Shown here piece by piece: positions 1 to 10,433 of a stretch of DNA of 64,000 nucleotides. The position numbers and the translations under genes are program-made. Each line of letters begins with the position of its first letter. The stretch's first letter is position 1. Origin of the DNA: a virus; IMG/VR virus record IMGVR_UViG_3300042553_000326, positions 11,243 through 75,242 of that record, one strand, 5' to 3'. Below the pieces are notes generated by a model that did no database searches, was not told where the DNA came from, and worked only from the letters and a program-made list of their open reading frames with translations.

Positions 1-3000
1 ACGCAAATGATCCGTTAGTCACCAGATCAGTACCAACCAAGGTCTCCGCTACGGTATCGGCCAGCCATGCGCCTTTGATTGCGCCTACTTGCCAGCCGGA
101 GTTAAAGTCCTTGGTTACGTAGGCGACCATACCTTTCGATGGGGTCGATGGGTTGCGCTTGAAAATGTTCAGCCCAAGCTCTGTCCCGATTGCTTCGGGT
201 ACGGCAACAAGCTGCGTGCCGACTCCACCGCGATAGCTCAAGTCTGGCACACTGGCGAAAGCGCCGTTGTCGTAGAACTCAAGCGAAGTGTTCTTGGTGG
301 TGTAGACGTGGGTTGTGTCTGCTGTTGGAATCGCATCAACACGAACACTACGCCGGGTTCCGTTTCCGTCATTCTCGAACATGATGGTTTTCTCGGGCGT
401 GAAGGCCACCATGAAACAGTAGGCCGCGCCACCATCCGGCACGATGTCCCACACGCTGCCGGTATCGGTGATAACGCTTACACCACCTGCCGTAGCCACC
501 GCAATCGTAGGCACAGGTAATCCTGTAGCGACATCGACCGGGGCGTTGGGTAGGACGGTCATGGCGACATCATTAATCTGCGAGGAAATTACAGGCTTTG
601 TTAATAGACTATTTACGCCATACCCACTCGCAGAATTACGAGCAGCAATATTTCCTTTATACACACCACCTTCGGACGTATACTGTGGATCCATCCTATA
701 CACGAATTCAGAGATGAAGTTAATAACCGGTGCTCCATAAGAGTCCGATCCAGTATTATGAACCTCCACAAGGGTGCCGTTTAACATGGCTACAGAGCGT
801 GCTGTTGATAGAGTTTGAACCATATTGACTGTTACCATGCCCTGCGAGCCAGCTGCAAACACCATCCACATCGGTGCATTCGCCTGTGTCAAGTCGTGGA
901 TAACTACTCTATAAGAGTCAGCTGTGATAAGTGCCTTCGCTGGAAACTTTCTAGCATTGCCACGGTATACTAACGTAACCCCACTACCAGCGTTAAGGCT
1001 ATACCACCAATTTGAAGTACTATCGTAATAGTAACTTCCTGTTGTGGCTCCAGCAATCGCTCTGGCTGCCGCCTCATTAACCGCTACACCTAGCCAGCTA
1101 CCTGCAAGGGTTTCATTTTCCCAGCTAGTATGACTACAGCGATGCCGCCATGCACCACCATCGCTATCCTTCTCGGTGTCATATAAGAATACATCTAAGA
1201 TAGCATATGTGCTTAACAATCTGTCAACCGCCACAGAGGTTATGTCAGTCGTAGACAGAGAGCCTGTAACAGCGGCCCCTGTAGGGGTCAGCGACACTGT
1301 CTTAACGCCACCCGCGTACAGGTCCATTACGTTAGCGCTTGACTCGACTATGTAAGTGTCACCGCCGCCGTCAAGATAATGCTTCATTGTGGAGGCTTGT
1401 ACCAGATTCTTCGCCAGGCCCATTCCGCCACTAACCACAAGTGCGCCGGTGGTGGTGGAGGATGAGTTGGTTGTGTCGTGGAGGGTAGCTATGACGCTGG
1501 CAATGCCTGTTCGAGAGAACGATAGAGCCGTCAGTCCGTTAGTGCGTGCATCGTTGAATGCGCGAATCCGGAATATTCCATCACCGACAGCTGTACCAGA
1601 CTGAATACCCCACCGCTTTTGATCCACAGATGCCGATGCGTTGTATAACTCCATAACGCTGTTCGTGGCATTACCAAGAATTAGCGTTGAAGTTGTTGTA
1701 TCACTTAATCCACCGAGCCATGTGCTCTTCGCCACCGCCAATCCACCAGCCGTCTTGAGCGATGCTGCGGCGCTGCTGGTGGCGTCTGTGGTGTCGAGGA
1801 CGGAGAGAACGCCCAAGGTTTCTAGGCGAGTGGTCCCTGTTGGTATTTGAGCTACTGAGCTACCAATGGAGTTGGCAAGAACAAAGTCGTGTGTTGATCC
1901 AGCACCGCTGACAACCATACCGCCTGTGGCTGATCCGTTAATCTGCCACCCACCGGCGGATGGTGCTGAATACGTACCTGATGTTCCAGACAACCTTCCA
2001 ATGAAATCAACCCCACTTCCTGTCGCAGCCAAGCGCTCAACCAATCCACCGTCTTTGATATAGACACGCTGCGTTCCGGTACTGGTGAAACCCATTTGGA
2101 ATGAGTTAGCTACTGTAGACATCGTTATTGTGGCATCAGCAGTACCACGCAATGTCAGACGACCGACACCATTCGAACCAGTAGTACCCAGGTCTGCGCC
2201 GATGTTGCTGCTAATAAATCCTGTAGCACTCAGCGTCCCGGTGACTGCGAGGCCAGCATCTGTAAGCGTCAACACAGGAGTAGTGAATGACGTTCCACCT
2301 ACCGTGCTAGACGGGGTAAATTCCAAGGCTCCTGCTGTTGTACCGTTTGTCCCGATCAGCCAATTCTTAACTGTGTTGGAGTAAATCATGCGAAGCTGTG
2401 CGGAAGAATTTACAGAAGGGGATGTCGGCCCCATCTGTAGGGAACTACCGCCTGTCGTCGTGTTGGAGACATAAACGCTGTCACCGAAGTACGCCTTCTT
2501 CGCCACCCCCAATCCGCCCGCCGTCTTGAGCGATGCTGCGGTAGTGCTGGTGGCGTCGGTGGTGGAGATGATTGCTATGTCGCCAGTTGATGCGTTGATG
2601 GTTAGACGCGATACAGACGCTGTGCGGAAATTAAGGTCTTGGGCGTCCATCGTACCGATGGTGCCGTTATTGATAATTTGAACACCCGAGGTTCCAACAA
2701 CACCGGCTGTAATCTGACCGGCGGATGTCGTGATGTTATTTGTCGCCGAGAGCGCTCCGGTGACGGTGAGGCCGGTAGACGACAAACGCATCTGCATTGC
2801 TGCGCCATTGTTAGCAGAGAAGGCTATACCGGAAGGGCCACGTAAGATAGTGTCATAACCTGTTGCGCCTACTATGAGGTTATTGCCACCTGTGCTATTC
2901 TCCATCCCGAAGATGGCGTTACCACCTGTATTAGTTAGCTGGATGGCAGTGTAGCCTGTCGACACGTTAGTTGAACGTAATGCAAGTGTGTTATTACCGC

Positions 3001-3913
3001 CAGCTGCGTAGAAACTCCCAGATGTGTAAGTATCAAGACCTACTCGTAAGCTTTTAGCTACAGCTAGGCCACCTGCAGTCTTAGCCGATGCAGCAACGGT
3101 GCTAGTAGCTTCTGTTGTGTCTGTGATGGATACAATACCGGATGCTGCAAGCGTTCCAGTAATACCAACACCAGCTGCGTTCCATGATAGGATACCTGAA
3201 CCAGCAACAGCTAAGTAACCTATCCAGCCAGTGGGCGTATTAATGAACGGAGCAGAGTTGTACAGAGATAACCCAGCTTCTGTTGATAAGGGAGCGCCTG
3301 TAGGTTTAAAGCGAGAAGCATCAGCGACACCTGTAGAACTAAGTGTACCTGTGATTACTGCATTACCATTGGAACCGCTACCTGTGATACGAAACACTTC
3401 CGTTGTCGAGCCGCTGTACCCAAGCCTAATGGCGAAGGCTGATTGCTGTCCAGCCAACGCATACCCATAAAGTGCAAAGGTGTTGTTATTAGCGGATGTA
3501 GAATCCAGGCTTTGCATACGAAGTATTGGACCACTAATACCAGCAGAATATGCTGCAGTATCTCTCACCACCAGCGGAATTGCACCAGTAAGAGTGACAG
3601 TATCAGTTGCACTGATTGTACCTGTTACAGAAGCGCCTGTGGCAGTCAGCTTCAGTGTATTCACTCCGCCAACGTAAGCATCCAACACATTGGCGCTAGA
3701 CTCAAGCAGGTACGTATCGCCACCGACACCTGCGACACCATCCATGTATAACTTCTTCGTACCAGCCAGAATGATATCATTCAGCGAGCTGATATTGTTG
3801 ATTGCCTTGTTGAGATTGTCAATGTTAGTGTCAATCTCGGCGTTAGTAAGTGGGAGACCCTTTACCGTACTCCCAGTACTATTTCCAGTTTCCCGTAAAA
3901 GGATAGTTGCCAT
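1..3913 (-). CDS. Tail fibre protein, >1300 aa, running off the left edge (absent from the ORF track)
   Basis: ATG at 3913 overlaps the upstream TAA. It translates as MATILLRETGNSTGSTVKGLPLTNAEIDTNIDNLNK (typical fibre N-terminus) and the same frame reads DTVAETLVGTDLVTNGSFA at the window edge. G/S/T/A-rich repeats throughout. Not every intervening codon was checked. Confidence 0.8.
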   Translation of the reverse strand, partial: MATILLRETGNSTGSTVKGLPLTNAEIDTNIDNLNKAINNISSLNDIILAGTKKLYMDGVAGVGGDTYLLESSANVLDAYVGGVNTLKLTATGASVTGTISATDTVTLTGAIPLVVRDTAAYSAGISGPILRMQSLDSTSANNNTFALYGYALAGQQSAFAIRLGYSGSTTEVFRITGSGSNGNAVITGTLSSTGVADASRFKPTGAPLSTEAGLSLYNSAPFINTPTGWIGYLAVAGSGILSWNAAGVGITGTLAASGIVSITDTTEATSTVAASAKTAGGLAVAKSLRVGLDTYTSGSFYAAGGNNTLALRSTNVSTGYTAIQLTNTGGNAIFGMENSTGGNNLIVGATGYDTILRGPSGIAFSANNGAAMQMRLSSTGLTVTGALSATNNITTSAGQITAGVVGTSGVQIINNGTIGTMDAQDLNFRTASVSRLTINASTGDIAIISTTDATSTTAASLKTAGGLGVAKKAYFGDSVYVSNTTTGGSSLQMGPTSPSVNSSAQLRMIYSNTVKNWLIGTNGTTAGALEFTPSSTVGGTSFTTPVLTLTDAGLAVTGTLSATGFISSNIGADLGTTGSNGVGRLTLRGTADATITMSTVANSFQMGFTSTGTQRVYIKDGGLVERLAATGSGVDFIGRLSGTSGTYSAPSAGGWQINGSATGGMVVSGAGSTHDFVLANSIGSSVAQIPTGTTRLETLGVLSVLDTTDATSSAAASLKTAGGLAVAKSTWLGGLSDTTTSTLILGNATNSVMELYNASASVDQKRWGIQSGTAVGDGIFRIRAFNDARTNGLTALSFSRTGIASVIATLHDTTNSSSTTTGALVVSGGMGLAKNLVQASTMKHYLDGGGDTYIVESSANVMDLYAGGVKTVSLTPTGAAVTGSLSTTDITSVAVDRLLSTYAILDVFLYDTEKDSDGGAWRHRCSHTSWENETLAGSWLGVAVNEAAARAIAGATTGSYYYDSTSNWWYSLNAGSGVTLVYRGNARKFPAKALITADSYRVVIHDLTQANAPMWMVFAAGSQGMVTVNMVQTLSTARSVAMLNGTLVEVHNTGSDSYGAPVINFISEFVYRMDPQYTSEGGVYKGNIAARNSASGYGVNSLLTKPVISSQINDVAMTVLPNAPVDVATGLPVPTIAVATAGGVSVITDTGSVWDIVPDGGAAYCFMVAFTPEKTIMFENDGNGTRRSVRVDAIPTADTTHVYTTKNTSLEFYDNGAFASVPDLSYRGGVGTQLVAVPEAIGTELGLNIFKRNPSTPSKGMVAYVTKDFNSGWQVGAIKGAWLADTVAETLVGTDLVTNGSFA

Positions 3914-4380
3914 TATGCGCCCCTAAGAGTCCAGATGACGGACATCGAGTCCGCAGCACCTTTGGTGATCACGTCGAAGATTGCCCTAGCAATCATACTA
4001 CCGCCTGAAGCTGCATTGAACATGCCAACCTCAACTAGAGCACCCGTACCGGTACCGGCAGGGAACACAGCAGTGACAACCAAGCTGTCATTCGCAAAGT
4101 TCGTTGTAGAAATTACAGCGCTGTCAATGGCTACTCTCCCGACTTCAGCCACTAAAGCAGTCTGTGCAGCAGCTGCAGCGGTATTGGTAGTACCTACAGC
4201 CATATGTGATAAAGCGCTAGCAGCTGCATCTTTCATTCTGGATATAAACAAGGCTAATCCAGTTTGTACAACTAAGTTATCAATCTCTCGTGTTTCTTTA
4301 AGAGCACCTTCTGCATCTCTGATTTCTATATGCAGTCTGCCCTTGAAACTTACAACACTATTGAATTTCATTTCTTGCAT
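3913..4380 (-). CDS. Virion tail/fibre-associated protein
   Basis: NLVV..G / MAVGT / LVAEVGR / EVGMFNAASGG pattern common in phage tail-collar-like proteins; lies directly upstream of the fibre gene. Confidence 0.6.
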   Translation of the reverse strand: MQEMKFNSVVSFKGRLHIEIRDAEGALKETREIDNLVVQTGLALFISRMKDAAASALSHMAVGTTNTAAAAAQTALVAEVGRVAIDSAVISTTNFANDSLVVTAVFPAGTGTGALVEVGMFNAASGGSMIARAIFDVITKGAADSMSVIWTLRGA

Positions 4381-4382
4381 CC

Positions 4383-4952
4383 TTAAGTGAATTGTGCATA
4401 TGACCCTACAGCGTAGTCTTCTGCGAAGTACGTACCGTTGTTATAACTCTGTATCAGGCATGCACCTGTGGATGTGAAGCTTACAGCATCGTCTAACACT
4501 TTAGACATGCTGATGTAATTCGTATCCGCTATAGAAACGGTATCTAATAAGGACTTTGTAAGGTCTATTGCAGTTATACTATCCAGCATACTATAGGTAT
4601 CGGATAAAACTTTAGATACATCAATAGCATCGAGCTGGTCACTAAAGGATATAATATCCTCTGCTAGTGGTTTGGTCACAGATATTGCAGCACTGTCTAA
4701 AATACTAACAGTGTCTACATTATATATTTCTCGGTAGTTATCTACGATATTACTATCGGATAGCGGGCCGAAATCTGTTATCTGAATATCTATGCTCACA
4801 GTATCAGCTGAGGCACTGAGATCGCCCTGCACTGGTTCGTTTACAGTAATATTCTCGATTACTGAAGAATCTACAGTAGTACCACTCGAACTGGTAGCAG
4901 GTAGATCGATAACACGAGAGGTACCAGATAAAGTTATCGTCTTAGTTGACAT
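4383..4952 (-). CDS. Putative virion protein with acidic D/S/T repeats
   Basis: About 19-aa repeats DTVS..D....(V/L)(S/T)K.L; located in the fibre operon. Confidence 0.5.
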   Translation of the reverse strand: MSTKTITLSGTSRVIDLPATSSSGTTVDSSVIENITVNEPVQGDLSASADTVSIDIQITDFGPLSDSNIVDNYREIYNVDTVSILDSAAISVTKPLAEDIISFSDQLDAIDVSKVLSDTYSMLDSITAIDLTKSLLDTVSIADTNYISMSKVLDDAVSFTSTGACLIQSYNNGTYFAEDYAVGSYAQFT

Positions 4953-5554
4953 TATGTTAGCTCAGTTGGACTAAATAAAAACTCTATCATACCACGCATA
5001 GGTTTCCATGTGCGAGGATATAGTGCGCTATTAGGTTCAGTCACACGTAATTCAAAGAATCCATTTGTAGGAATTCCGGGTTTTGGTTGAACTGCCCAAT
5101 CGGTTGACAATGTTTTTGGAAATTGAATATAAACCTTATTAGGTATATAACTAACCCAATCTGAAGACTGTGACGGAGGTACAGCATTGACGATACTAGT
5201 GCCATTTAATCGTTTATAGTAACCATCACCGTAGGTAACCACTTCTTCGCGTGAGTATGAATTGGCAGCATTCCATACTCCTGTCTCTACAGGGACACGT
5301 ACAGTCAGTGTGTCAGTCTCACCACCAGGTTGCACAGTAGTAGGTACTACTTCTAAGCCATCTTCGTCTAGCTCACCAGTATTGGCAGCTTCAATTATAG
5401 AAGCTTCAAATATATAAGCGCCACTATAGGCGTTAGTCAGAAAGGCCAATGTTATTTCAAATTCCTGTTGTTCACCCTGAACGAGAGACCAGAGTACGGA
5501 ACCTGAATCCGTTTGTAAATCTGTTGTTGTATCGATAATTCTTGCTCTAGCCAT
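4952..5554 (-). CDS. Putative virion protein with a short carbohydrate-binding-like (W..Y..V.Y) motif
   Basis: WNAANSYSREEVVTYGDGYY...PP...SDW motif; first gene after the repeated promoter-like element. Confidence 0.5.
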   Translation of the reverse strand: MARARIIDTTTDLQTDSGSVLWSLVQGEQQEFEITLAFLTNAYSGAYIFEASIIEAANTGELDEDGLEVVPTTVQPGGETDTLTVRVPVETGVWNAANSYSREEVVTYGDGYYKRLNGTSIVNAVPPSQSSDWVSYIPNKVYIQFPKTLSTDWAVQPKPGIPTNGFFELRVTEPNSALYPRTWKPMRGMIEFLFSPTELT

Positions 5555-5617
5555 AATGCTTAAGTCCTAGGTTAATACATAGGTTAATGATTAAGGAGGT
5601 ATATACATGATACTGCT

Positions 5618-5674
5618 GACATCTGTAGCGATTAATACAGGGGAGCGGTAAAGTTCAATAATTTAACAGTTTCG
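5618..5674 (-). promoter_or_regulatory. Candidate phage promoter, copy 1
   Basis: tctgtagcgattaatacaggggagcggtaa-N7-taatttaacagtttcg is nearly identical to 34428-34483; both are intergenic and upstream of late operons. Confidence 0.6.
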
Positions 5675-5735
5675 TACAAGATAGAATTATCGCAGTTACT
5701 ATAGTATCATCGACTATAGATTTATCTGCGATTTC

Positions 5736-5904
5736 TCTATCGCCCGGAGTGTGTTGCGCCACATGGGTTTCGGCGGTTTTGCACGCTACGGGGCCAGGTT
5801 GGGCCATAGCGAGGCGCAACGGCGCGGGATGGCATGGGTATCGGCGACCTCCCAATCGCCCCGCCTGCACCAAACGTCGAGGCCACTCGTCCGGTCGGCG
5901 CAAA
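5736..5904 (+). repeat. GC-rich dispersed element, copy 1
   Basis: 38-bp identical core (5795-5832) plus further conserved blocks shared, inverted, with 55300-55459. Confidence 0.85.
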
Positions 5905-5933
5905 CAGGTCGATCGAGAATAGCCCAAACAGCT

Positions 5934-8900
5934 TTAGTCGCCAACTGCAATCCAGTTTAAAGTACCGGAAGCTAGGATGGTTGCAGATGTCAAATCATAG
6001 GTGTAACTTGTAACCTCGTATGTATTTGAAGGTGTAGTACTGTTTGCTTGGACCGTACGTCTGTAAGCTGTTATTGTACCTGTCCTCTCACCTGATATCG
6101 TAAAGTCTTCATATGTAGTCCACTGAGCGTAGATGTTAGTCTTAAGCTTAGGGTTTACGTCAGCTTCTACCGTCAGATTACTCCCAGAGATTGTACGATT
6201 ATACGTGACAGAGCCTGTCACAGTATAGTCATTACCTGTGGTGTACGGAAATTGAATATTAGCATAACCGTCTTCAGTTGAGCCATTGTAATACCATGTT
6301 ACTGTTGAATATATTGGCTGCTGACCAGCGCCGACGGCGTCTCTGTGAATAGTAGCATTGAACGTGTAGCTGAGGTTTATCTGATATATCTCACCTGAGC
6401 CGGATGGTGTAGGTAATGAGCCGAATGTGTCAGAGTTCACTGGCCCAGGTCTCGTAACAGGGTGTAATGCTTCAAACGCTGTATCTGAGAAAGTAGTAGA
6501 CGAGTCAGTATAGGTATAAGCAACTGAACCAAATATGGAGCCGTCAGTGTCCTCAGCTTCGAAGTAGATACGCCATTGCCATGCAGCTGAACTAGGAAAT
6601 GTAAATAGTTTGCTATCTACAATCATACTGCTCGTTTGCTCGCCTATGTTCACTGTACGGAAGGCGTCAGATGTCACCCATGCACCGCCACTGTAATACT
6701 CAACCCTCCACTTGTATCGTCTGTAATAATGCTGCGATAATCCATTTCCTTTGACGCTCAGCGCACGTACATTCACAGTAATACTGCTGCAATTTGTAGG
6801 TGTTGTAACTGTATTAGAGGTCCAGTTATTCGTCGAAATAGCACCAGAGCTATTATTTACAGCCACACTAGCATTGTACGCTGATAGTACAAGATCGGCC
6901 TTAGCTAGGAATTGCCAACGTTTTGAATTAGGCGCTGTCTCCACAAGGCTGGTGGCGCTACATATTACAGATTGATCCTGCGCGGAGTAGGCTGTTTTAT
7001 ATAACCCTAGAGATGCTGGTGACACGAGCACTTTAGGCTGTGTCTTCCAATAACCTGGAATTACCACAGTGTCTCCGCTATTAGCAGAACCAGTCTCTAA
7101 TCTAGATAATGCAGTATATACTATATCACCAACCCCATCTATGTATCGATGTAGTTCCACTGATCCGGATGTTATCCTGGCGTAATCAGCGAGACGCGTA
7201 AAGTTTGCTCCAGCGTATGATTCAATCCAGCCTTCTGCAGATAGCTTTAAATTGTCGCCAACCGCTATTTCGTTACCAGTCTGTAATGTACCGGTTGTTA
7301 TTTTATCAGCTGTTAAGCTACCTATCATTGCATTGGTAATCGCACCGTTCTGAACAGCTAATGTACCCACAGCAATTGAATTAGCAGAGAGATGAGTAGC
7401 ATTTACGGAGTTCTCAGCGAGGTTCGCTGCTTCAATTATTAACGGCCCTAAGTCCACATTCCCTATTTTCCCAGTTGATGCATCTAAGCCGGCACCGCTC
7501 GGATAAGGGTTTATAGAGACAACACCATCTCGTGTCTTAAACTTAAACCATAATCTAAGATCTCTATCTAAAGAGCTACCATAAGTGCCACTGTTACCTT
7601 TAAAAGAACTTAATTCCACAGCGTCAGCAAATACAGGGTTCGGTGTGGGTATTGAAACCTCTGCACCATATATAACGGTAGCATCGTGTCCGTGACCTTG
7701 CAAGTACGTCAATGTATCATTAACATCTAGGAACACGGTGGTCAATGCTGTAGAAAGAGTTATATCAGTAGGGTCAGGCGGTGGTGTAATATCTCGTGTA
7801 GCACCTACATTAATCGCGCCTACATCTACCCTGACATCATAATTAATGGAATCATATAAGCATCTTACGATGAAATGACCTAGATTACCTGTCAATGAGG
7901 ATACTGAAAAGCTACCCCTAGCAGCTGTCGCTGTATTGTCAACCGATGCAGTACAATTGGTATTGCTGAGTATTGAGTATGCGACTGCCACATTTGTAGA
8001 ATAGTCTACAGAGCCATCTAATAACTGTATTCTACCAAAGGCATTAGCGTATCCATAATTTGTGCCATCAGTGGCTTGTAGCACCGGTAACGCACCTGGC
8101 ATTGCTGAAGCTCTGACTACTGCTTCCGTAATAGGTGTCGGGGTCTCCCAAACTAAATCACTGTCAACTCCAATACCTGATACAGCTACAGCGACACACT
8201 CGCTTCTGTATAATGCATCTACACCTGCTGGTATTGTAGCGCTCCAGCCAGATGGTACACTAGAAAAAGATCTCGCAGCTACATCGAAGCTGCCACCAGT
8301 AGGCGTAGCCGGTAAAGTAGCACTACGCTTGTACACAAAGATAGTAACATAGACGTTAGTATCGAACAACCTATTAGTAAGATCCGTCGATATCAGCGGC
8401 CATTCCGTCTGTGAAGCTCTCGCGTCTGCTGATCTAGGAACCACTGTTATCGTCTGCTCACCTACTAAATCTGTGGGCAACTGGAAGGAAGTTCCACCTG
8501 ATGTACCTACTGTCTGCCACTCTGTGTATATCGTTATGTCGTCCACAGGCGTAGTGGTAGCTAATATCTCAAAACTGTTTACACGACCATCGCTTTCAGC
8601 CGTCCAAGTAATTAACCCAGGTGATGTCGAAGTATATGTACTATTTGGCACATACGCCAGATTAGATACTTGAGCAAGAGCCTCTCTAAATAGATGTCTA
8701 GTTGCTACTACTTCATCGTCCTTAGCATTCCAAGCTAAAGCAGCTGCATCGAATTTTACACCGGATATTTGTATTGATCTATCGTTAGGATTGACTTCAG
8801 TTACCTTGATTATTTCACCTGGAATATTCAATACATCAGATGTGACTTTAGTTATATCGCCAGGCTCTAGCTTGAAATAATTCTTATTCAGTGGTAGCGT

Positions 8901-10433
8901 ATATGTAGTTGATACTCTACTTAGTCTTACAATCTGTTCAGCATGTGCTAATGCTAACTTGTACGAATCAACATGAGACGCAAACACTTCAGTTTCCAGT
9001 GCCTGATTACTATCCTCTACAAGATACTGTATGTAAGCAGCGCTGTCACGCTCAGGCCATGAAACGGTGTCTTCTGTATAGTCTTTTGCAGTATTCAGGT
9101 AACGGACAGTACAGTAATTAAATCGTGACTGTGCATTAGGCCACACTATACTGTTTTCATCACCTCGAATTATATCGTCATCAGTGAGATAAACATCAAT
9201 AGCGTCCACCCAGTCGGTCTGTGCTGGCGTATCAGGTGAGACACTGGTTGAATTAACTGCTCTAGATAATGTCAAACCTTGTTGTACAACTGCGCCAACA
9301 GGGTAAGTTACACCTGTCTCATAAACGTAAGGATACTGCACGCGTAACTTATATTTACCGCCTGACCACACGAATTCACAATTAGGCATTGACTCTAAGA
9401 GTATCTCTACGTTCTCACGTATTGTCTTCCTAGAATCTAATGCTATATTACACTCATACTTGTGGAGTTGTCTGGTACCACCCTTAGCTCTCCAGATAGA
9501 ACCCTCTAATGAAGACGTATCAACAACCTGTTCGCATAGAATATAAGCTTCATAGAATGAATCGAGATCTAGTTTGTCTACAGACAGTCCACGTCCATAT
9601 AGAGAATTAGTGAGATAATCAATTAGACACAAGGCTGGATTATTAGAATAAGTTTTACCAGCTGATAGCGTTCTAGAACCCGCCGTACCCTCGATGGTTT
9701 TAACCTTCATACCCTCTACATAGAACTGAGCAGTAGGAGGACCACCAAATTGAGGATCGTCTCTGTTAATACGATATGCACAGGTAGCATAGGCTACGTT
9801 GGTGAATTCTGCAGTTTCTCTTGTTGAGTCATTTGCAGTCATCCAGGGATCAGCCATACTACCATCTTTATACACTGCTACCTTAGCACCATGTGTATAT
9901 GGATCTACCTTAGTGACGCCAGAGGGTACCGCATTAGGATCTATGTTATATTGAACTTCATTGAACTCATTGACATACTCACCATTGATCTTCTTTGAAT
10001 CGATGTCAACAGCGTATACAGCATTGATACCACCGAAACATAATGATTGTTGCGTCAATAAAAATTCATGCTTTGAGCCAGATATATTAGAGTCTAAAGA
10101 AGTGCTAGCTTTGAATATAGTTGCGGATTCGTCTGGTGCATTGGCATAATAGTTGTTAAGTGTGACATGATGCACCCTGTTTCCACCTACCAGTTGTCTA
10201 CCATAGATTACACTCAGTGAGATTGCCTCACTATCTGCAACAATCTTGATACCCTTTGCAGCATCAGCTCTTGCCTCCGCCTCTTCTTGCATCTTTCTTT
10301 GCTTCTCACGTTGCTGTTCAGCTTGCTTCTGCTGAAATACAGCTGATAGCACAAATGAGATTACCGCCATAGCAATCTTAACTACAATAGAAGTACTAAG
10401 CGCTGCTATTATCGATGTTACAATACCAACCAT
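5934..10433 (-). CDS. Tail tip / central tail fibre (lambda J-like host specificity protein)
   Basis: 1499 aa; VIYGRQLVGG, YSNNPALCLIDYLTNSLYGRG and LEPGDI motifs of the phage-tail_3/J-like family; lies downstream of TMP and Dit-like genes. Confidence 0.8.
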   Translation of the reverse strand: MVGIVTSIIAALSTSIVVKIAMAVISFVLSAVFQQKQAEQQREKQRKMQEEAEARADAAKGIKIVADSEAISLSVIYGRQLVGGNRVHHVTLNNYYANAPDESATIFKASTSLDSNISGSKHEFLLTQQSLCFGGINAVYAVDIDSKKINGEYVNEFNEVQYNIDPNAVPSGVTKVDPYTHGAKVAVYKDGSMADPWMTANDSTRETAEFTNVAYATCAYRINRDDPQFGGPPTAQFYVEGMKVKTIEGTAGSRTLSAGKTYSNNPALCLIDYLTNSLYGRGLSVDKLDLDSFYEAYILCEQVVDTSSLEGSIWRAKGGTRQLHKYECNIALDSRKTIRENVEILLESMPNCEFVWSGGKYKLRVQYPYVYETGVTYPVGAVVQQGLTLSRAVNSTSVSPDTPAQTDWVDAIDVYLTDDDIIRGDENSIVWPNAQSRFNYCTVRYLNTAKDYTEDTVSWPERDSAAYIQYLVEDSNQALETEVFASHVDSYKLALAHAEQIVRLSRVSTTYTLPLNKNYFKLEPGDITKVTSDVLNIPGEIIKVTEVNPNDRSIQISGVKFDAAALAWNAKDDEVVATRHLFREALAQVSNLAYVPNSTYTSTSPGLITWTAESDGRVNSFEILATTTPVDDITIYTEWQTVGTSGGTSFQLPTDLVGEQTITVVPRSADARASQTEWPLISTDLTNRLFDTNVYVTIFVYKRSATLPATPTGGSFDVAARSFSSVPSGWSATIPAGVDALYRSECVAVAVSGIGVDSDLVWETPTPITEAVVRASAMPGALPVLQATDGTNYGYANAFGRIQLLDGSVDYSTNVAVAYSILSNTNCTASVDNTATAARGSFSVSSLTGNLGHFIVRCLYDSINYDVRVDVGAINVGATRDITPPPDPTDITLSTALTTVFLDVNDTLTYLQGHGHDATVIYGAEVSIPTPNPVFADAVELSSFKGNSGTYGSSLDRDLRLWFKFKTRDGVVSINPYPSGAGLDASTGKIGNVDLGPLIIEAANLAENSVNATHLSANSIAVGTLAVQNGAITNAMIGSLTADKITTGTLQTGNEIAVGDNLKLSAEGWIESYAGANFTRLADYARITSGSVELHRYIDGVGDIVYTALSRLETGSANSGDTVVIPGYWKTQPKVLVSPASLGLYKTAYSAQDQSVICSATSLVETAPNSKRWQFLAKADLVLSAYNASVAVNNSSGAISTNNWTSNTVTTPTNCSSITVNVRALSVKGNGLSQHYYRRYKWRVEYYSGGAWVTSDAFRTVNIGEQTSSMIVDSKLFTFPSSAAWQWRIYFEAEDTDGSIFGSVAYTYTDSSTTFSDTAFEALHPVTRPGPVNSDTFGSLPTPSGSGEIYQINLSYTFNATIHRDAVGAGQQPIYSTVTWYYNGSTEDGYANIQFPYTTGNDYTVTGSVTYNRTISGSNLTVEADVNPKLKTNIYAQWTTYEDFTISGERTGTITAYRRTVQANSTTPSNTYEVTSYTYDLTSATILASGTLNWIAVGD

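Noticed and set aside
89-3926. Many short + strand ORFs
   Set aside because: They are antisense shadows of the long minus-strand tail fibre gene.
5655-5960. ORFs sharing RLGHSEAQRRGM with 55286-55504
   Set aside because: The similarity comes from the DNA repeat; there are indels between blocks, no consistent start or RBS, and opposite orientations.
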